From assembly GCF_001306055.1 (NCBI RefSeq), contig NZ_LGHJ01000019.1, positions 30,001-62,000 on the forward strand: a stretch of 32,000 bases of DNA, in the 5' to 3' direction. The DNA is from Bellilinea caldifistulae. GTDB lineage: Bacteria > Chloroflexota > Anaerolineae > Anaerolineales > Anaerolineaceae. The translations under genes and the position numbers were made by a program. Below the pieces are notes generated by a model, which did not search any database, had not been told where the DNA came from, and saw only the letters and a program-made list of their open reading frames with translations. Shown piece by piece: positions 30,201 through 32,000 of this stretch. The stretch's first letter is position 1, and every line of letters starts with the position of its first letter.

Positions 30201-32000
30201 CTCAACCGGATCGTCAATCTCCTTCGCGAGCGATTCGGTTTTTACCACACTGCCATCTTTTTGGTCAACGACGAAGGCACCCACGCCATTATTCAGCAAG
30301 CCAGCGGAATGGGCGCCCAGGAAGTCATGCGAAGCAATCAAAAGATTGCGGTCGGCTCCCGCTCGATTATTGGCAAAGTAACCGATACTGGCAGTCCGGT
30401 GCTGGTCAATAATGTTGCTGAAAGCCCTATCTACCTTCCCAATCCGCACCTGCCCGAAACACGCTCGGAGTTGGGCATTCCCCTGCGTATTGCTGACCGT
30501 ATCATCGGCGCCTTGGATATTCAATCCGAACGTCCGAATGCCTTTCAGGAAGACGATCTGGGAGTGTTCCAGATTCTGGCTGATCAGATTGCAGTGGCCA
30601 TTGAAAATGCCCGCGCCTACGAGCTGGCTCAAAAAGCCTATCAGGAAATGCGCGAAGTTGACCGCTTGAAGTCTCAATTCCTCGCCAATATGAGCCATGA
30701 ATTGCGAACACCCCTCAATTCGATTATTGGCTTTTCGCGGGTCATCCTCAAAGGGATTGATGGCCCGATCAACGACCTCCAGAGACAGGATCTCACCTCG
30801 ATCTACAACTCCGGTCAGCACTTGCTCGGCCTGATCAATGATGTCCTTGATCTTTCCAAAATCGAAGCCGGAAAAATGGAGCTGCAATTCGAGGAAGTGA
30901 ACATTGCTGATTTGGTCAATTCTGTCATGTCCACGGCTGTGGGGTTGGTAAAAGACAAGCCCATCAAACTCAATCATCAAGTGGAACCTGATTTACCGGT
31001 TGTAATTGCCGATAACACCCGCATCCGTCAGGTTTTGCTCAACTTTATCTCCAATGCGGCAAAATTCACCGATGCCGGCTCCATCACCGTGGAAGCCAGG
31101 AAATCTCTCAGCCCTGATAACAAACCTGAGGTCATGGTCATTGTTACCGACACAGGCCAGGGAATTGACGAGAAAGGACGGGAAAAATTATTCCTGCCGT
31201 TCTCTCAAGTGGATGATTCTCCCACCCGCAAAACTGGTGGAACCGGCCTGGGTCTGTCCATTTCCCGCTCCTTTATTGAACTACATGGCGGTCGGATTGG
31301 CTTGTTATGGAGTGAAGTGGGTAAAGGCAGCGCCTTCTACTTCACCCTGCCGGTTCAGCAGCCAGCCAAACAGACCAGCGAACTTAAATCGGATGAGATT
31401 TTATCCAAAACCGAAAAAGTGATTCTGGCCATTGACGATGACCCGCAAGTCATAAAACTATACGAACGCTTTTTACAAACCAGTGGTTACAAAGTCGTTC
31501 CGCTCACTCAGCCAAAACTTGCCGTTGAAAAAGCCAAATCTCTCAAACCTTTTGCAATCACCCTGGATATTATGATGCCTGAGGTAGATGGTTGGCAGGT
31601 CATTCACGCCTTGAAGAATGATCCCCAAACTAAAGATATTCCGGTCATTATTTGCAGCATTCTGGAAGAGGAAGAAAAAGGATTTAGTCTGGGCGCAGCC
31701 GATTATCTGGTTAAACCTTTCCTTCAGGAAGATCTGGTCAATGCGGTTTACCGCCTGAACCGCCAAAACCGAATTCATCGCATTCTGGTTGTGGATGATT
31801 CGCTGGAAGATCAGCGTCTGATTCAGAAAACACTTGCGGAGCAAAAGAATTTTGAGATCTTCGCCGCATTCGATGGTGAAAAAGCCTTGCAGATGATTCA
31901 CAATATCAAACCAGATGCGGTCATTTTGGATCTCTTCATGCCGGGATTGGATGGTTTTCAGTTATTGGAGAAAATTCGAACCGCTCCCGAATACCGTAAC
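27249..32000 (+). CDS. Soluble PAS / multi-GAF hybrid sensor histidine kinase with two C-terminal receiver domains (3' end outside the window)
   Basis: This gene is NOT in the supplied ORF track. I translated the frame of nt 27249 by hand to nt 32000 and found no stop. An in-frame TAG lies at 27228-27230, AGGAG at 27234-27238, and the ATG at 27249. Domains: PAS-like (~27350-27620), half-GAF (27843-27995), 4 GAF/GAF-like modules (~28080-30110) and the signature GAF (30150-30620). The kinase core has the H-box MSHELRTPLNSI (His codon 30696-30698), N-box VLLNFISNAAKFT, G1 DTGQGI and G2 GGTGLGLSIS (to ~31360). REC1 has Asp codon 31566-31568 and REC2 has Asp codon 31929-31931. I saw no TM segment. 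Confidence 0.9.
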   Translation, partial: MSKKQLLNRLDHLFANITEDAAEQIPPPPPPPTVLPQWKWETDESGCIIFCEDAIKVCLGYSPDEIIGQPLSSFGLSSESVTALQNALNQDVFPIDLSVVFQSKSGNPVPARLTIFKKGALNGEKGGFRGFTQPLLESKPVKPQSENEDIPKTQFASQQTTPSARKTPVRAPIQPKAQKAAPPSVRPRSKSILENPAIITVPLKKRQQEIGILEIMADGVQRRWSEEELLLVQEVANQLGLAIENAELYAAVQQELNERVRAEQEILRRNKDLAALNEIGQQISRLTDKDQIIATLQQALVQLLNCRNLTIAMLDSDQQTLTFPVHTVDSNSQPLPPRPLGDDLISYVVHSREVLRINRDVANALSARKIIPDQPIPAALLAVPMVTAEKVMGVIYLQEFEQGAGFSDIQADLLSTIASQVAIALANANLFQEVTTALQAIEKRERYQANVAQAVATLTESGVRGIPAMLGFLGEAAQCDYIYFASAREDEQGLHWIVTDHWIAPQIRPGSDLVVRQPLSAALFPNWASALKEKGWFSGQPEDFEGREREFLRQRGIHSILLLAVPGNRDIPSFIAFEQRTARAWKNDEIGVLQVAADALANTFVRQDLLEQLRSSLDETETLYKISHNLALAGDYHEMVRAIAGGITDEKVNRIVLVLFEQSDPLSTPLLRIAATWHSGRGAHPPLIGTELDYATYNPLVSIETPAFYNDIYDLGILPAARSALEELNVRSIAVLPLWAARKQLGALLFLSEGLHYFTIREMRTFPPLVDQMATAIENMRLFEQTQAALAETELYYRISSGIAQAGDANDLVDLVMTEILPANAERVSIIQMFNDPNGVPLEFEVVASTSVSGNTELANIRQSINHLPILKELREEPIVLDNLENSRLDSLSKQTLKQMGVASGIFVPLFSAGKIVGILAATSSQPASYDMEEVRVLNVASSGVAVALERQRLLKEAQRRALELQAAAEIARDTTSVLSQDELLNRIVNLLRERFGFYHTAIFLVNDEGTHAIIQQASGMGAQEVMRSNQKIAVGSRSIIGKVTDTGSPVLVNNVAESPIYLPNPHLPETRSELGIPLRIADRIIGALDIQSERPNAFQEDDLGVFQILADQIAVAIENARAYELAQKAYQEMREVDRLKSQFLANMSHELRTPLNSIIGFSRVILKGIDGPINDLQRQDLTSIYNSGQHLLGLINDVLDLSKIEAGKMELQFEEVNIADLVNSVMSTAVGLVKDKPIKLNHQVEPDLPVVIADNTRIRQVLLNFISNAAKFTDAGSITVEARKSLSPDNKPEVMVIVTDTGQGIDEKGREKLFLPFSQVDDSPTRKTGGTGLGLSISRSFIELHGGRIGLLWSEVGKGSAFYFTLPVQQPAKQTSELKSDEILSKTEKVILAIDDDPQVIKLYERFLQTSGYKVVPLTQPKLAVEKAKSLKPFAITLDIMMPEVDGWQVIHALKNDPQTKDIPVIICSILEEEEKGFSLGAADYLVKPFLQEDLVNAVYRLNRQNRIHRILVVDDSLEDQRLIQKTLAEQKNFEIFAAFDGEKALQMIHNIKPDAVILDLFMPGLDGFQLLEKIRTAPEYRN

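Noticed and set aside
30093-30980. 295-aa ORF on the - strand, the longest listed ORF in the 27-32 kb region
   Set aside because: It is antisense to the signature GAF and HisKA part of the hybrid kinase, whose + strand translation carries canonical H-box motifs. It is a shadow ORF with no recognisable motifs of its own.
1-32000. Mobile elements, prophage, CRISPR arrays or defence islands
   Set aside because: I saw no integrase, transposase or recombinase motifs, no terminal inverted repeats, and no regularly spaced direct repeats. Both tRNA genes have intact flanks with their own promoter and terminator and no attachment-site-like duplication. The repetition in 17-31 kb comes from protein-level paralogy of GAF modules.

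Overview
This looks like an ordinary chromosomal segment of about 50% GC. I saw no integrase, transposase, phage genes or CRISPR array. The gene style suggests a filamentous Chloroflexota (Anaerolineae-like) organism, but that is only a guess. The window has three blocks. (1) 1-4.6 kb, + strand: the 3' end of a RelA/SpoT-family gene, moeA, a VKOR-family membrane protein, a tiny Cys4/poly-acidic protein with its own SD and terminator, an MFS transporter, and a convergent small membrane ORF. (2) 4.7-15.7 kb, - strand: an unbroken cell-shape/division cluster, mreB-mreC-mreD-mrdA(PBP2)-minC-minD-minE-rodA. It runs straight into gltX, a self-contained tRNA-Gln(CUG) unit, and glnS. A tRNA-Gly(CCC) with a perfect consensus promoter is transcribed divergently from mreB. 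(3) 16-32 kb, + strand: the unusual part, a tightly translationally coupled signalling locus. It holds two stand-alone receiver proteins, four paralogous membrane proteins (TM/HAMP/Cache/S-helix inputs feeding GAF domains) that have no recognisable output domain, and an orphan ParA/MinD-type ATPase. It ends with a very large soluble PAS/multi-GAF hybrid histidine kinase (HisKA-HATPase-REC-REC). That last gene (27249 to beyond 32000, at least 1584 codons) is missing from the supplied ORF track because it has no stop in the window; I translated it by hand and found no stop. All five large proteins share one gap-free 157-residue GAF subtype. Three of the four membrane proteins share an uncharacterised C-terminal tail, and the fourth carries only its terminal segment. 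I propose, as inference only, a receptor-array-like system: output-less membrane sensors, a soluble kinase and a ParA positioning ATPase.
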